Shown in pieces: positions 18,101 to 27,666 of a stretch of 64,000 bases of DNA. Below the pieces are notes generated by a model. The model made no database searches and was not told the DNA's origin. It worked only from the letters and a program-made list of their open reading frames with translations. Both the position numbers and the translations under genes were made by a program. Within the stretch, counting starts at the first letter, position 1, and every line of letters begins with the position of its first letter. The stretch lies in the NCBI GenBank assembly GCA_009777955.1, contig WRKW01000001.1:98255-162254 (forward strand), given 5' to 3'. Origin of the DNA: Alphaproteobacteria bacterium. GTDB taxonomy: Bacteria > Pseudomonadota > Alphaproteobacteria > Rs-D84.

Positions 18101-18991
18101 TTGATAAGGAATAATAAAGTGGCGAATATAAGAAATTGTTTCAGAAAAGCCATGCGCGAATATCTTGCGCTTTGCTTGCCATTCATTATTTCTTGTTCTT
18201 TGTTTATTTCGGTAACACCACGGGTGCATGCAGATGACTATGATTTCGAATTTGATTCATTCACTGACGATTCATATTCAGACGATGCCTTTTTGGATGG
18301 GGCAATTGAAGATTCCGGCGATTTAGAATTTAACACAACAGGTCCATTATTCCTTAACGAGAATACTAGTTTTGCTGATGTCATACGAATGGATATTGCT
18401 GGTGTCTGGCTTGGGATGCCTTTCCAAGAAGTCCATACTTTGTTTTTCAGGAAAGGTTCTTTGTACGCGCCGCGTAAACATAATTCCATAGTTTATACGA
18501 TGTCAAAAGATTGGAAATATAATTTAGATTACGAATGCCGCCAGCAGAATATAGTCGCACCGACTTTGCTGGCAAATTGTGTAAATTCTTTTGCAAAGAA
18601 GCGTGGGTTATTATATGCGTCAGAATTGCATCTTGCCCGCGAATCGACTGGCGAAACCATAGTGGTGTATTTTACCAGCAATGCAAGTGATAACGTGGTA
18701 TGGCGTGTTATCTATCAAAACGATGCAGATGTTATAGAAGGTGATGCGGAAAAATTTGCAGACCAGCGCGATAAAAAAATATTGGCGTTCTGGCAGGGTG
18801 TTCTGGACAAGTATGGCGCGCCTAATTCGGGTGACGACAAATGGATATCCAGTGACAATGCGTTCGATCCGATGATGACCGCTTTTTACGGTCGTCTAGA
18901 GCTTGCGGACGAAGGCTTGCGTGCGCGGGATGCCGCACTGAATTTTCAGTCAGCGCGTGAAAATTTCAGGGCGAAACCATATTCATTTTGA
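18101..18991 (+). CDS. Secreted acidic hypothetical protein
   Basis: Signal-peptide-like LALCLPFIISCSLFISVTPRVHA followed by a D/E-rich stretch. Third gene of the operon. An alternative start lies at 18152. Confidence 0.4.
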   Translation: MIRNNKVANIRNCFRKAMREYLALCLPFIISCSLFISVTPRVHADDYDFEFDSFTDDSYSDDAFLDGAIEDSGDLEFNTTGPLFLNENTSFADVIRMDIAGVWLGMPFQEVHTLFFRKGSLYAPRKHNSIVYTMSKDWKYNLDYECRQQNIVAPTLLANCVNSFAKKRGLLYASELHLARESTGETIVVYFTSNASDNVVWRVIYQNDADVIEGDAEKFADQRDKKILAFWQGVLDKYGAPNSGDDKWISSDNAFDPMMTAFYGRLELADEGLRARDAALNFQSARENFRAKPYSF

Positions 18992-19061
18992 GGAAAGATT
19001 TTTCTTGCTTCGCGATGAATAAAGCTCTATACTTTTGTCAATACAATCAAGGGAGTACAAA

Positions 19062-20078
19062 ATGGCATGGGAAGAAATAATTTTTCCAAATAACATAAGA
19101 AACATACGACTGTCACGTGGCATTCGCATGACTGCGGTTTCAAAAGAATCTGGCTTGTCTTTATCGGCTATGTCAAAGGTTGAAAAGGGTGTTCGTCGAT
19201 TAAATCAAAAACAGTTGCTGACACTTTGCAAAATATTAGGTTGCAAGTTATCTGATATATTCATAAGGGCCAGCGACGAAGTCGCCGGAGAATGGGAGAT
19301 AGAAATGCAAAGACGGTTAGAGAACAATGAGAACAATGGCCTGAAGATATTCGGTGCGGGCGTTCGTAACCTTCGCAGAAAAGTTGGTAAAACTATTTCC
19401 CAGGCATCTAAAGACGCGAACATGACATTGTCTGTTTATCACAAGATAGAAGTTGGCCAACGTGAATTATATGAAGACGAAGTATCCAATCTTGCAAAGT
19501 CTTTGCACCACACTCCTGATAGTATGTTCCAAGCCATTGCGGAACTTTTCAGAAAAGGCGAACTTACAAATCATATAAGCAAGGTTGAAGAAAAAGTCCG
19601 CAGCGTTTTGACACCGAACTCTTCATCTGGGTTTGGTTTTTCCGGTGCTATTTACGGCGCGAAGATTTATGATTCCGCGCGGAAAAAGCTTGTTCCTGTA
19701 TTCTGTACGCCTGGCGACAAAAATATGGTATTTAAAAAGACCGACGAAAGAATGGTGGTGTCACCGGCAAATTTGGAAAATAATACGGGAATATATGCGG
19801 TAATTCCAAATACGAAGCGGCTTGGATCAATGTTTCCAGTACGCATCCATTTGTTTGTCGATCCGGCGGCCACGGCACAGCCAGGAGATTTGGCCATCGC
19901 ACTGACGGAAGATTTTGACAAGATAGAACCGAATGAGAAGACACATGCGCATGTTGTAATGGTGCGCGAAGATGCAAAAGGAAAGCTCTATGGTGTTCTG
20001 GTCAATCCGGAAGAAAAGATTCCGGTATCAAACGCCGGTGGTCGTCTGCACAAGGTCATTCAGATTGTAGTTGAATAG
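19062..20078 (+). CDS. Transcriptional regulator with two tandem XRE-type HTH domains and a C-terminal beta-rich domain (possibly S24/LexA-like)
   Basis: HTH 1 is IRNIRLSRGIRMTAVSKESGLSLSAMSKVEKG. HTH 2 is LRRKVGKTISQASKDANMTLSVYHKIEVGQ. RBS AAGGGAG before MAWEE. Confidence 0.55.
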   Translation: MAWEEIIFPNNIRNIRLSRGIRMTAVSKESGLSLSAMSKVEKGVRRLNQKQLLTLCKILGCKLSDIFIRASDEVAGEWEIEMQRRLENNENNGLKIFGAGVRNLRRKVGKTISQASKDANMTLSVYHKIEVGQRELYEDEVSNLAKSLHHTPDSMFQAIAELFRKGELTNHISKVEEKVRSVLTPNSSSGFGFSGAIYGAKIYDSARKKLVPVFCTPGDKNMVFKKTDERMVVSPANLENNTGIYAVIPNTKRLGSMFPVRIHLFVDPAATAQPGDLAIALTEDFDKIEPNEKTHAHVVMVREDAKGKLYGVLVNPEEKIPVSNAGGRLHKVIQIVVE

Positions 20079-20751
20079 ACTTATGCAGGAGAGAGCAATG
20101 ATAGAAAAATCTTCCATAATTGCCCAAAGGCTTATGAATCTGTATCGTCAGGCGCATGTGATTGACGGGGGGTGGCGCGCGGTCAACGCGGCTTTGATGG
20201 CAGAGGCCGATCCCGTCATTTTGGAAGAATTGAAAAAACTGCCATGTGGAGACAAATTATACGCGCATATAATAAGTCTTCAGTCCGGCTCTATTCCGCG
20301 CGATTCTATATCACGTGAACTGATGCCGTATGGCGGAATGATGGAAACTCATTTTGTTGATATCGTATCAGATAACGCAAAATTTTCAGATAATGATTTG
20401 GAAATACTGGATCAAGAGCTGGCAAATTTCCACCCCAGTCAAGAAAATTTGGATAGAATCAAAGCTTTGCCATTCGTAATGCAGTTTGGCGATAGATGGC
20501 TTGATGGGGTTCGTAGTGCTTTGGTTGGCAATCATGACATGTTGAATCGTTGGAAAGTCGTGTATGATTCGGCACGTGCATTTGAATCATGGAATCAAGC
20601 CAACATTATTTTATCATCGCCGCCCACAGATCGTTCCCGTGCAGAGATTCAAGCGGACTTGCCGGAATATGAAACTTATCTTCCGATGTTTGGTGATGCC
20701 GGTCAAGATCTACTTCGAAAGCTTCGTGCATTTACCAGCAGTATGCAATAG
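20071..20751 (+). CDS. Hypothetical protein
   Basis: 226-aa ORF overlapping the stop of the regulator by 8 nt (translational coupling). Confidence 0.4.
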   Translation: MNRLMQERAMIEKSSIIAQRLMNLYRQAHVIDGGWRAVNAALMAEADPVILEELKKLPCGDKLYAHIISLQSGSIPRDSISRELMPYGGMMETHFVDIVSDNAKFSDNDLEILDQELANFHPSQENLDRIKALPFVMQFGDRWLDGVRSALVGNHDMLNRWKVVYDSARAFESWNQANIILSSPPTDRSRAEIQADLPEYETYLPMFGDAGQDLLRKLRAFTSSMQ

Positions 20752-20900
20752 GGTGTGGGGTTTAAGATTACAAGGATTAGAAAAAATGCGCAGGGGCGCA
20801 TTTTTTCTTGTTCAAATATCGAAAATATTTCTTTTTTGTATCGTGCACTGTGCGCACGATGCCCTTTTGTTGTAAAATGTAACGCAGATTTAAAAACGAA

Positions 20901-20932
20901 CAAAAAACCCTGCGGTTGCAGGGTTTTTTGTT
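20901..20932. terminator. Bidirectional rho-independent terminator (AACCCTGCGGTTGCAGGGTT flanked by A-run and T-run)
   Basis: Lies between convergent genes 20071..20751 (+) and 20944..21387 (-). Confidence 0.55.
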
Positions 20933-20943
20933 TAAAGAAATTA

Positions 20944-21387
20944 TTATTTCTTTTTTGCAACCGGTTTTTTCGCCGGAGCTTTTTTCGCAACCGGCTTTTT
21001 TGCGGCTGGTTTTTTCGCTACAGCTTTTTTTACCACGGGCTTTTTTGCCGGGGCTTTTTTAACAGCTGGTTTTTTTGCGACCGGCTTTTTGACGACAGCT
21101 TTTTTAACAGCTGGTTTCTTTGCCGGGGCTTTCTTAGCAACTGCTTTTTTCGCAACTGGAAGTCTGCATGCCAGCTTCGCAACTTTCTTTTTTGCTGGGG
21201 CTTTCTTCGCTACAGTTTTTTTTGCGACCGGTTTTTTCGCTACAGCTTTTTTCACCACAGGTTTTTTTACCGCAGGCTTTTTTACCGCTGGTTTTTTCAC
21301 AGCAGGTTTTTTTGCAGCGGGTTTTTTCGCCGCCGGTTTTTTCACGGCAACTTTTTTCGCAGTGGTTTTCAAGAATGAAAATGCCAT
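20944..21387 (-). CDS. Histone H1-like / Lys-Ala-Pro repeat nucleoid protein
   Basis: MAFSFLKTTAKKVAVKKPAAKKPAAKKPAVKKPAVKKP… (~148 aa) is almost entirely AKKP(A/V)VKK repeats. A perfect RBS AAGGAG lies before the ATG at 21387. The ORF track gives a longer 185-aa version. Confidence 0.7.
   Translation of the reverse strand: MAFSFLKTTAKKVAVKKPAAKKPAAKKPAVKKPAVKKPAVKKPVVKKAVAKKPVAKKTVAKKAPAKKKVAKLACRLPVAKKAVAKKAPAKKPAVKKAVVKKPVAKKPAVKKAPAKKPVVKKAVAKKPAAKKPVAKKAPAKKPVAKKK
20950..21370. repeat. Coding tandem repeat (~27-bp units encoding AKKPAVKKP)
   Basis: Periodic GCnGGnTTTTTTnnC units. All three +strand frames are also open, giving spurious ORFs at 20755..21378 and 21089..21481. Confidence 0.7.
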
Positions 21388-21768
21388 TCTTCTCTCCTTC
21401 ATTTTTGTTCTAGAACAAAATTTCTTTGTTCTTAATCTAATTCTATCTGAAATAAAAAAAATAGTAAAGGGAAAAATGTAAAAAAGAAAATTAAAATGCA
21501 AAAATTTTTATATTTATGATTTCAAATTTAACTTATACGATTTTTAAATTCGTTTTTGATTGTCTTGCGAATTTTGCACAATACTTGTATCGATATTTTG
21601 CCCTTTATACAGGTTGCAATAATCAAAATTTATGTTTATGGAATTTTGGATCCAGTATATAGCAATCTTTGTGTATATGGCGGATTCAATGCTTATTCAT
21701 ATTATGTGGCAAATTAAAGTGAAAATAATATTGGTTGAATTACTGATAAATTCTTTTATTATGTTACG

Positions 21769-22191
21769 ATGCTGACAGGAATTACATTTTGGACTGATGA
21801 TGAAATCTGGCGCGGAATACTTACCGATCTGGGGGCATCTTTTGTCGCATCGGATGCTGCGGATTTGATTTTCAATCCAAAGGAATATGCCGGTGTCATG
21901 AATTTGCTAGAACTTAAATCCAAAATCATGGCGGATATTGACACGTTGCTTACCCGTGCTGTCCACCGCACCAAGGGCAAAAACCCGAATCTGTCCAGAT
22001 ACCAGGCGAAAATAATAACTTTACTAGAACGTGCTGGCGGCGCGGGTGTTCGCGCCGATACATTGCGTGCAGCTATGGGATATTCCCCGGGGGTTAATAC
22101 CCGCGCGCTTGATACAGCCATATATAATCTAAGAAAAATATTTGGTACTGATTTTATAAAGACAGAAAATGGAAAATATAAACTGGCATGA
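21769..22191 (+). CDS. Winged-helix DNA-binding protein (OmpR/PhoB C-terminal-like)
   Basis: 140 aa. …LSRYQAKIITLLERAGGAGVRADTLRAAMGYSP…LDTAIYNLRKIFG… matches the trans_reg_C-like pattern. Its stop overlaps the birA start. Confidence 0.4.
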   Translation: MLTGITFWTDDEIWRGILTDLGASFVASDAADLIFNPKEYAGVMNLLELKSKIMADIDTLLTRAVHRTKGKNPNLSRYQAKIITLLERAGGAGVRADTLRAAMGYSPGVNTRALDTAIYNLRKIFGTDFIKTENGKYKLA

Positions 22192-22886
22192 ATTATAAAT
22201 TATATTCTTTCGATAAAATTCCCAGCACACAGACCTATGCGCATGAACTTGTCGCAAAGGGGGGGGCAGTTGATCGTACGATAATTTTGGCTGCGGCGCA
22301 AAGTGCCGGTCGCGGGCGTTACCGCCGTACATGGGTTTCACATCATGGAAATTTATATGCAAGTTTTATATACAAAGCGGTTGCGCGCGATCCACGCCTG
22401 TCTTACTGTGTTGCAGTTGCGGTCGCGGAAACTTTGATTTCGTTTGATATAAAACCACAAATAAAATGGCCGAATGATATTTTGGTCGAAGGCAAAAAAA
22501 TTTGTGGTATATTGACAGAGTATTCAAAAAACTTTGTGATAATCGGAATCGGAATAAATATAAAGACCAATCCGACCGTTACGGCGGCATATGAAACCAC
22601 AAAGATGGATAATTACAAGCGTAATCGGGGCATGAGTGTTGAATTTACACGTGATGAAGTGCTGTCTGTTTTGGTGGAAAAAATGGATTTTTGGTTGTCG
22701 CATCTTGCCAACGGAAATTTTGTTTCGATTCGCGCCCGATGGATGCAGCTTGCGGCGGGTTTGGATTCAGAAATCATGTACAAAGGACAGCCTGCGACAC
22801 TTTGTGAAATTAATCTTGATGGCGCGCTTGTTTTGCGCCGCCTGGGCGAATATATTCTTGTATTGGGTGACGAGATAATGATGTGA
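22188..22886 (+). CDS. birA: Biotin--[acetyl-CoA-carboxylase] ligase
   Basis: Has GRGRRGR-like AAQSAGRGRYRRTW and the KWPNDILVEGKKICGILTE motif. Confidence 0.75.
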   Translation: MNYKLYSFDKIPSTQTYAHELVAKGGAVDRTIILAAAQSAGRGRYRRTWVSHHGNLYASFIYKAVARDPRLSYCVAVAVAETLISFDIKPQIKWPNDILVEGKKICGILTEYSKNFVIIGIGINIKTNPTVTAAYETTKMDNYKRNRGMSVEFTRDEVLSVLVEKMDFWLSHLANGNFVSIRARWMQLAAGLDSEIMYKGQPATLCEINLDGALVLRRLGEYILVLGDEIMM

Positions 22887-22975
22887 ATATGATTCTTGAA
22901 ACTGTGCGCGATTGAAAAATTTATCCAAATTTTTAATTGAATTTTATCTAAAAGCAAATATAATGCGGCTTGCTT

Positions 22976-23052
22976 GGATGTGTAGCTCAGTTGGTTAGAG
23001 CGCCTCGTTCACATCGAGGAGGTCGTTAGTTCGAATCTAATCACATCCACCA
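22976..23052 (+). tRNA. tRNA-Val (anticodon CAC)
   Basis: GGATGTG-TA-GCTC-AGTTGGTTA-GAGC-G-CCTCG-TTCACAT-CGAGG-AGGTC-GTTAG-TTCGAAT-CTAAT-CACATCC-A-CCA. Confidence 0.85.
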
Positions 23053-23295
23053 CCAAAAATTGTTAGTGCCCGAAAGGGCGCTTAAAATTTTTGAGTGCCC
23101 GCCGAAGCCTTGGCATAGGTGGGCTGCACACAAATTACTGCCCCATTTTTTCCGGTTCGAATGTAGTGTTATCAAAAACTGCCATTTTAGCGGGGGGATT
23201 CGAACTCTTTGTCGGGTTTCCAAGCCTTTCATCGAATTGTGTTACAGCTTATTACAGGCGTGCGGAATTTAATGTGCAGTAATATATCGAAATGG

Positions 23296-23496
23296 TTATA
23301 TTGCTTTTTTATAAAGTTCTGCCTGTCCGGTATCATTTTTATCCACCATGCCTTGATATTCAAAGCCAAGTTTTTTATAAAATTCTGAGGCTTGGTCGGT
23401 ATAAACATAAACTTCTTTATACCCCATTTCTTTCAATGTTTCACAGGCAAAATCTACAATAAGTTTTCCATAACCCATCCCTTGTTTCAACACCAA
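23296..23496 (-). pseudogene. GNAT acetyltransferase remnant (C-terminal ~70 aa only)
   Basis: Motif A/B region KQGMGYGKLIV…YKKLGFEY is present. The frame is closed by two TAA codons just upstream, so no N-terminal half exists. Confidence 0.45.
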
Positions 23497-23750
23497 AAGG
23501 CTTGAAATCCTTTATCTTTATATTCTATTGCAAAACACTCATTTTTGAAATATAATCCCATTGTATCTGCAAAAGATGCCGAGAACTAAATAATCTCGTG
23601 GTTATTGCGTTTAGGATAGACGCATAAAATATATATCCCGCCTATGGCGGGATTGCTTCCGTCATACATTGAAAGCGGAGGCGGTCGTATAACCACGATT
23701 TATTTAGAATCCCGCCACTTTTTAGATACCAACAACTAAAAGGTGGCGAC

Positions 23751-25316
23751 ATGAAAAAATTGTTTTTAATATTTCCGTTAATATTTATTCTTGCCGCATG
23801 TGCTGGTGGTGGTAATCCTGGTACACCAGAAACCCCGAAAGTTCCAACCGAACCCGAGATTCCGACAGAACCGGAAGTGCCGGAATATTCCGTGATACTG
23901 GAATCAAACCTGCCTGAATTAGTTCGTAGCATTGGCGGCACAGAAATAGGATTTACCGATTATACGATAAACTATGACACTACGAATTTTCACAAAATTT
24001 CAGACGAAATAAATAGTATCAGCGAGCGGACGATATTATATAAAAAGGTTAATGATTCATCCGATGCAACAGCTGAAATTGCGGGTGTTTCAGAAATTGC
24101 ATGGGTCGACATATTTGGTCTTAAAGGTCTGGTTACTGGAACTAATGCATCTGGGAACAGTATGTTTGAATTCGATACACTTCCAATAGAATCCACAGCA
24201 GAAACAGGCACTGATATATCTCTTGCGACAAAGGCGGCGGTTGATGAGTTTAATAATAAAATCCAAGAAAGAATAGATAACCAAAATGAAGTTTTCCTAA
24301 CAGTAATAGATTCAATATATGCAAACCTTGTTTGGCAATATTATAAACCGCAATCAAATAATGCATCTTCTTGGTTTAATGCTCTGCTTCCCAAAGACGC
24401 GACCATAACTGCCAGCGATTTGGGGTTTAGTATGAACGGGAAACGTATTTTAGACAAATGGACGCTTGAAAAATTGGGATACCAGTGGATGCTATACAAT
24501 GGTACTTATATCTGGAAAACATTTGGAAATGTTGCAAACGAAGAAAAGAATGGCATATCATTATTAACAGAATATTTTTCATCACTGCTGATAACTTCCC
24601 CTGACGAGATTGAAACTATTAAAATCATGGCATTAGAGAAAGCCGGTGGGGTGTCGATTCAATACAAAGATACGGAACACTTTTTTGTTGAAGGCAAAGC
24701 CGGTCTGCGTTATGCGACATTCGGATATTATAGAAAAATAGACCACACAGTCGATAACGGCGATATAATTGCCAGTGATAGCACCGTCGATGTATTTTAC
24801 GGCAATGACGATGTCGACAGTTACCTTATAGGCGATAGAGATGATTTGAAAAATATGCTTGTATCACGCGACGACCCGCGCGGGGCAATTTTGTTTAGTG
24901 GAAAGACTGTTGCGAATTTGACGGTTGGAAATGAACAAGCCGACTTGGTCGGAACTGCATCGCTAAACATCAGCGGTCTAAGTCAAGGCAATGCGTCCGC
25001 ACCTTATGAAAAACTAGTCTTAGATTTTGGTAGTGACTGGTACAACGTAGAAATAGACAATCTGGAAAATTCCACTGCAAAATTGGTTTATCAAAGTTCC
25101 GTCAAATCAGGATTTGGATTGACCCCGACAGGTATCGGTTTTTCAGGTGCTGGCGACAAAATGACCATATCGGATAACGGTGTCGAAATAAAATATTTCG
25201 GAAATGAAAATTATACAGAAGCGGCTGGTTCGTATCACTTGCAAGATAACGGTGCAATAACGAATGAGCATTTCAAACTGCAAGGCGCATTTGGTGTAAA
25301 AACAGAAATGCCATAA
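23751..25316 (+). CDS. Lipoprotein, hypothetical (521 aa)
   Basis: MKKLFLIFPLIFILAACAGGG has lipobox LAAC, followed by a Pro/Thr/Glu-rich linker. No family assignment. Confidence 0.55.
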   Translation: MKKLFLIFPLIFILAACAGGGNPGTPETPKVPTEPEIPTEPEVPEYSVILESNLPELVRSIGGTEIGFTDYTINYDTTNFHKISDEINSISERTILYKKVNDSSDATAEIAGVSEIAWVDIFGLKGLVTGTNASGNSMFEFDTLPIESTAETGTDISLATKAAVDEFNNKIQERIDNQNEVFLTVIDSIYANLVWQYYKPQSNNASSWFNALLPKDATITASDLGFSMNGKRILDKWTLEKLGYQWMLYNGTYIWKTFGNVANEEKNGISLLTEYFSSLLITSPDEIETIKIMALEKAGGVSIQYKDTEHFFVEGKAGLRYATFGYYRKIDHTVDNGDIIASDSTVDVFYGNDDVDSYLIGDRDDLKNMLVSRDDPRGAILFSGKTVANLTVGNEQADLVGTASLNISGLSQGNASAPYEKLVLDFGSDWYNVEIDNLENSTAKLVYQSSVKSGFGLTPTGIGFSGAGDKMTISDNGVEIKYFGNENYTEAAGSYHLQDNGAITNEHFKLQGAFGVKTEMP

Positions 25317-25549
25317 TAATCCGCAATGAATAAAATAGACCAAAGTTTGTTTAGTTATAGATGCCACGTTGATACAAGGGGAAGGCCAATTGAATATGGT
25401 GGTGCAGAATGGCGATTTGATATAAAAAACTTAAAAAGAGTTATGAGCGGTATAGATAATTATTTTTGTGCACTGGATTTTCATTTAAGCTGTCTTATAG
25501 GCAGTTGTTAAATTAGGAATTATACCGTCTATTCCCCCATCAAAAATTA

Positions 25550-25894
25550 TTAATGAATCGAAGGTACATCCAATGCGCCGGCTTTAACAAGTAAATTGCG
25601 CATTTCATCATTGACCCGGGTTGACCAGCCGCGTCCAAAATAAGATTTTAACCCTTTAAGAACATCGGGATCAAATCTGATATCGGCGCGTTGTTTTGTA
25701 ACGGCTTGTTTTGGTCGCCCGCGCACCGAACCCCGGGCTTGGGAACGTGCAACGTTTCTCTTCAATCGCATAAGTCTTTTTAATGCCGATGATTTTTTTT
25801 CTATTGTTACAATTGTCTTGCGTATGTCGGATAAAGATTGGATTTTTATTTTAATTTTTCTGGGGTGCGACAGAATTTTTCGTATAGTTGCCAT
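25550..25894 (-). CDS. BrnA-like antitoxin (DUF4415 family), apparently orphan
   Basis: C-terminal …RGRPK…IRFDPDVLKGLKSYFGRGWSTRVNDEMRNLL matches the BrnA pattern (IRLDxDVLEWFK…GYQTRIN). No brnT-like ORF lies upstream. Confidence 0.45.
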   Translation of the reverse strand: MATIRKILSHPRKIKIKIQSLSDIRKTIVTIEKKSSALKRLMRLKRNVARSQARGSVRGRPKQAVTKQRADIRFDPDVLKGLKSYFGRGWSTRVNDEMRNLLVKAGALDVPSIH

Positions 25895-26085
25895 TTCATG
25901 TTCTCTTATTTATTATCGACAGTATAATTATTGTACACACAATAAATAAAAAGTCAAGATTGATTTTTTTTATTTTTTCTAATAGAATTGAACAGTCGGC
26001 AAAAATTTCTGATAAAGAAATCAAGCTTGGGAATCAACGAATCCTTAGCAAAAGCCCTGAACCCAGACAATGGAGAAAAAATAAA

Positions 26086-27666
26086 ATGAACATGTATCAA
26101 TTATTAGAAAAAACTGCAAAGCAGTTTTCATCAGGTGTATTTTTAACACGCGAAAAAATAACCTATCCCCAGTTTGTAAAAATAGTAAAACTTCGCGCGG
26201 CATCATTGGCAGAGCAGGGGGTCAAAAAAGGTGATTCGGTGGGTCTGCTTTCCCATAATATAATGGAATGGCCGCTGACTTTGTTTGCTTGTTGGTATCT
26301 GGGCGCGCGCGTATTGCTTCTTGATACAAATCTGACCGAATTCGAATACGAAAATATGATACGGCTGACAAAAACAAAGCTGGTTGTTGCGCAAAAATCG
26401 TTCTTTTATAAAACGACGAATTTTAAATTTTACGATATTGAAACCGAAGATAAAAAAAACGCGTCCGTACCAAAACCAGCGAACACAGAATCGGATGACA
26501 TAGCGACATTGTCTTTTACATCGGGTTCTACTGGCATACCGAAGATTGTGCCACTGACCCACTTTAACCTGGTCGAATGTTCCAAATCACTGCAAGATTT
26601 AAAAAAGTATATAACAAATTCGGACATTATATACGGATTCCTTCCGATGTATCATATCTTTGGATTTGCGGTTGGAATTCTGGTGACATTGAACTTTGGT
26701 TGCAGCGTTCTTTTGCAACCAACCATCGATCCGAAATTAATACTGGCAGATTTCAAGGAATATCGGCCCCAGGTAATTCCAGCTGTGCCGCGCGTATTCG
26801 AATTGTTCCGTGCAAAAATATTGGATGGAGTAAAGGAAAAAGGCAAACTTGGGCTGGTAACATTTGTCTTGAAATACAACAAAATACTTTCTGCAATCGG
26901 GTTTGGATTTATAGTCAAAAAAGTGCGCGGTCTTATATTGGAAATATTTGGCGGACGGGCGCGTTTATTAATCGCGGGTGGCGCGGCAACAAAGCCCGAA
27001 GTGGAAAATTTCTATACCGACCTGGGGCTGATGTTTACTCAGGGATATGGATTGACCGAAACAGTGGGGCCAATCTGTATATCGCATCCGAAACCTGGTC
27101 GAAAGCCATATTCGTTTGGTGGACCGCTGTCCAACAACGAATGCCAGATGCGAGATATTGATAATGAAGGCATTGGAACACTATGGGTTCGTGGAAACAA
27201 TGTATTCAAAGGATATCTGAATAATCCGGCCGCAAACGCGGAAGTGTTCGATAAAAAAGGATGGTTCAATACAGGCGACCAAGTTTCTATGGATAAAAAT
27301 GGCGAGTATCGTTTCCGTGGACGTAAAAAACAAGTTATCGTGCTGGATTCTGGTAAAAATGTGTATCCAGATGAATTAGAGGGGCTTTTTATCTTATTGC
27401 CCGGTGTAAAAAACGTTGCTGTGTTTGAACATGTGTTAAAAGAAAAAACAGTATCTTATGGTGTATTCCAGGTGGGCGAAGATATGACTTTAGAGCAGCT
27501 TGGCAAATATATAGCCGATACCAACAAAAAAATCGCCGGCTATAAATGGGTAACGCATTTTGCTATAACAACGGATGAACTTCCTTTGACATCTACCAAA
27601 AAAGTAAAACATCATGTGGTACGCGAAAATCTTATAGCTGGAAAATATCCTATGCGGAAAGAATAG
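26086..27666 (+). CDS. AMP-dependent synthetase/ligase (long-chain acyl-CoA synthetase-like)
   Basis: AMP-binding signature SFTSGSTGIPKIV plus the GYGLTE and GDQV…YRFRGRKK motifs. Start chosen at MNMYQLL (26086); the ORF track starts at 25888. Confidence 0.7.
   Translation: MNMYQLLEKTAKQFSSGVFLTREKITYPQFVKIVKLRAASLAEQGVKKGDSVGLLSHNIMEWPLTLFACWYLGARVLLLDTNLTEFEYENMIRLTKTKLVVAQKSFFYKTTNFKFYDIETEDKKNASVPKPANTESDDIATLSFTSGSTGIPKIVPLTHFNLVECSKSLQDLKKYITNSDIIYGFLPMYHIFGFAVGILVTLNFGCSVLLQPTIDPKLILADFKEYRPQVIPAVPRVFELFRAKILDGVKEKGKLGLVTFVLKYNKILSAIGFGFIVKKVRGLILEIFGGRARLLIAGGAATKPEVENFYTDLGLMFTQGYGLTETVGPICISHPKPGRKPYSFGGPLSNNECQMRDIDNEGIGTLWVRGNNVFKGYLNNPAANAEVFDKKGWFNTGDQVSMDKNGEYRFRGRKKQVIVLDSGKNVYPDELEGLFILLPGVKNVAVFEHVLKEKTVSYGVFQVGEDMTLEQLGKYIADTNKKIAGYKWVTHFAITTDELPLTSTKKVKHHVVRENLIAGKYPMRKE

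Noticed and set aside
20950-21370. Possible CRISPR array, because of regular short repeats
   Set aside because: The repeats are contiguous 27-bp coding units with no spacers, inside an ORF with an RBS.
20755-21481. ORFs 20755..21378 (+) and 21089..21481 (+), giving Phe/Arg- or Phe/Ala-rich translations
   Set aside because: They are the antisense frames of the Lys/Ala tandem-repeat gene. The minus-strand gene has a perfect RBS and a coherent histone-like product.
23642-23941. 99-aa minus-strand ORF
   Set aside because: Overlaps the promoter and start of the well-supported lipoprotein gene 23751..25316; Gly/Ser-rich, likely spurious.
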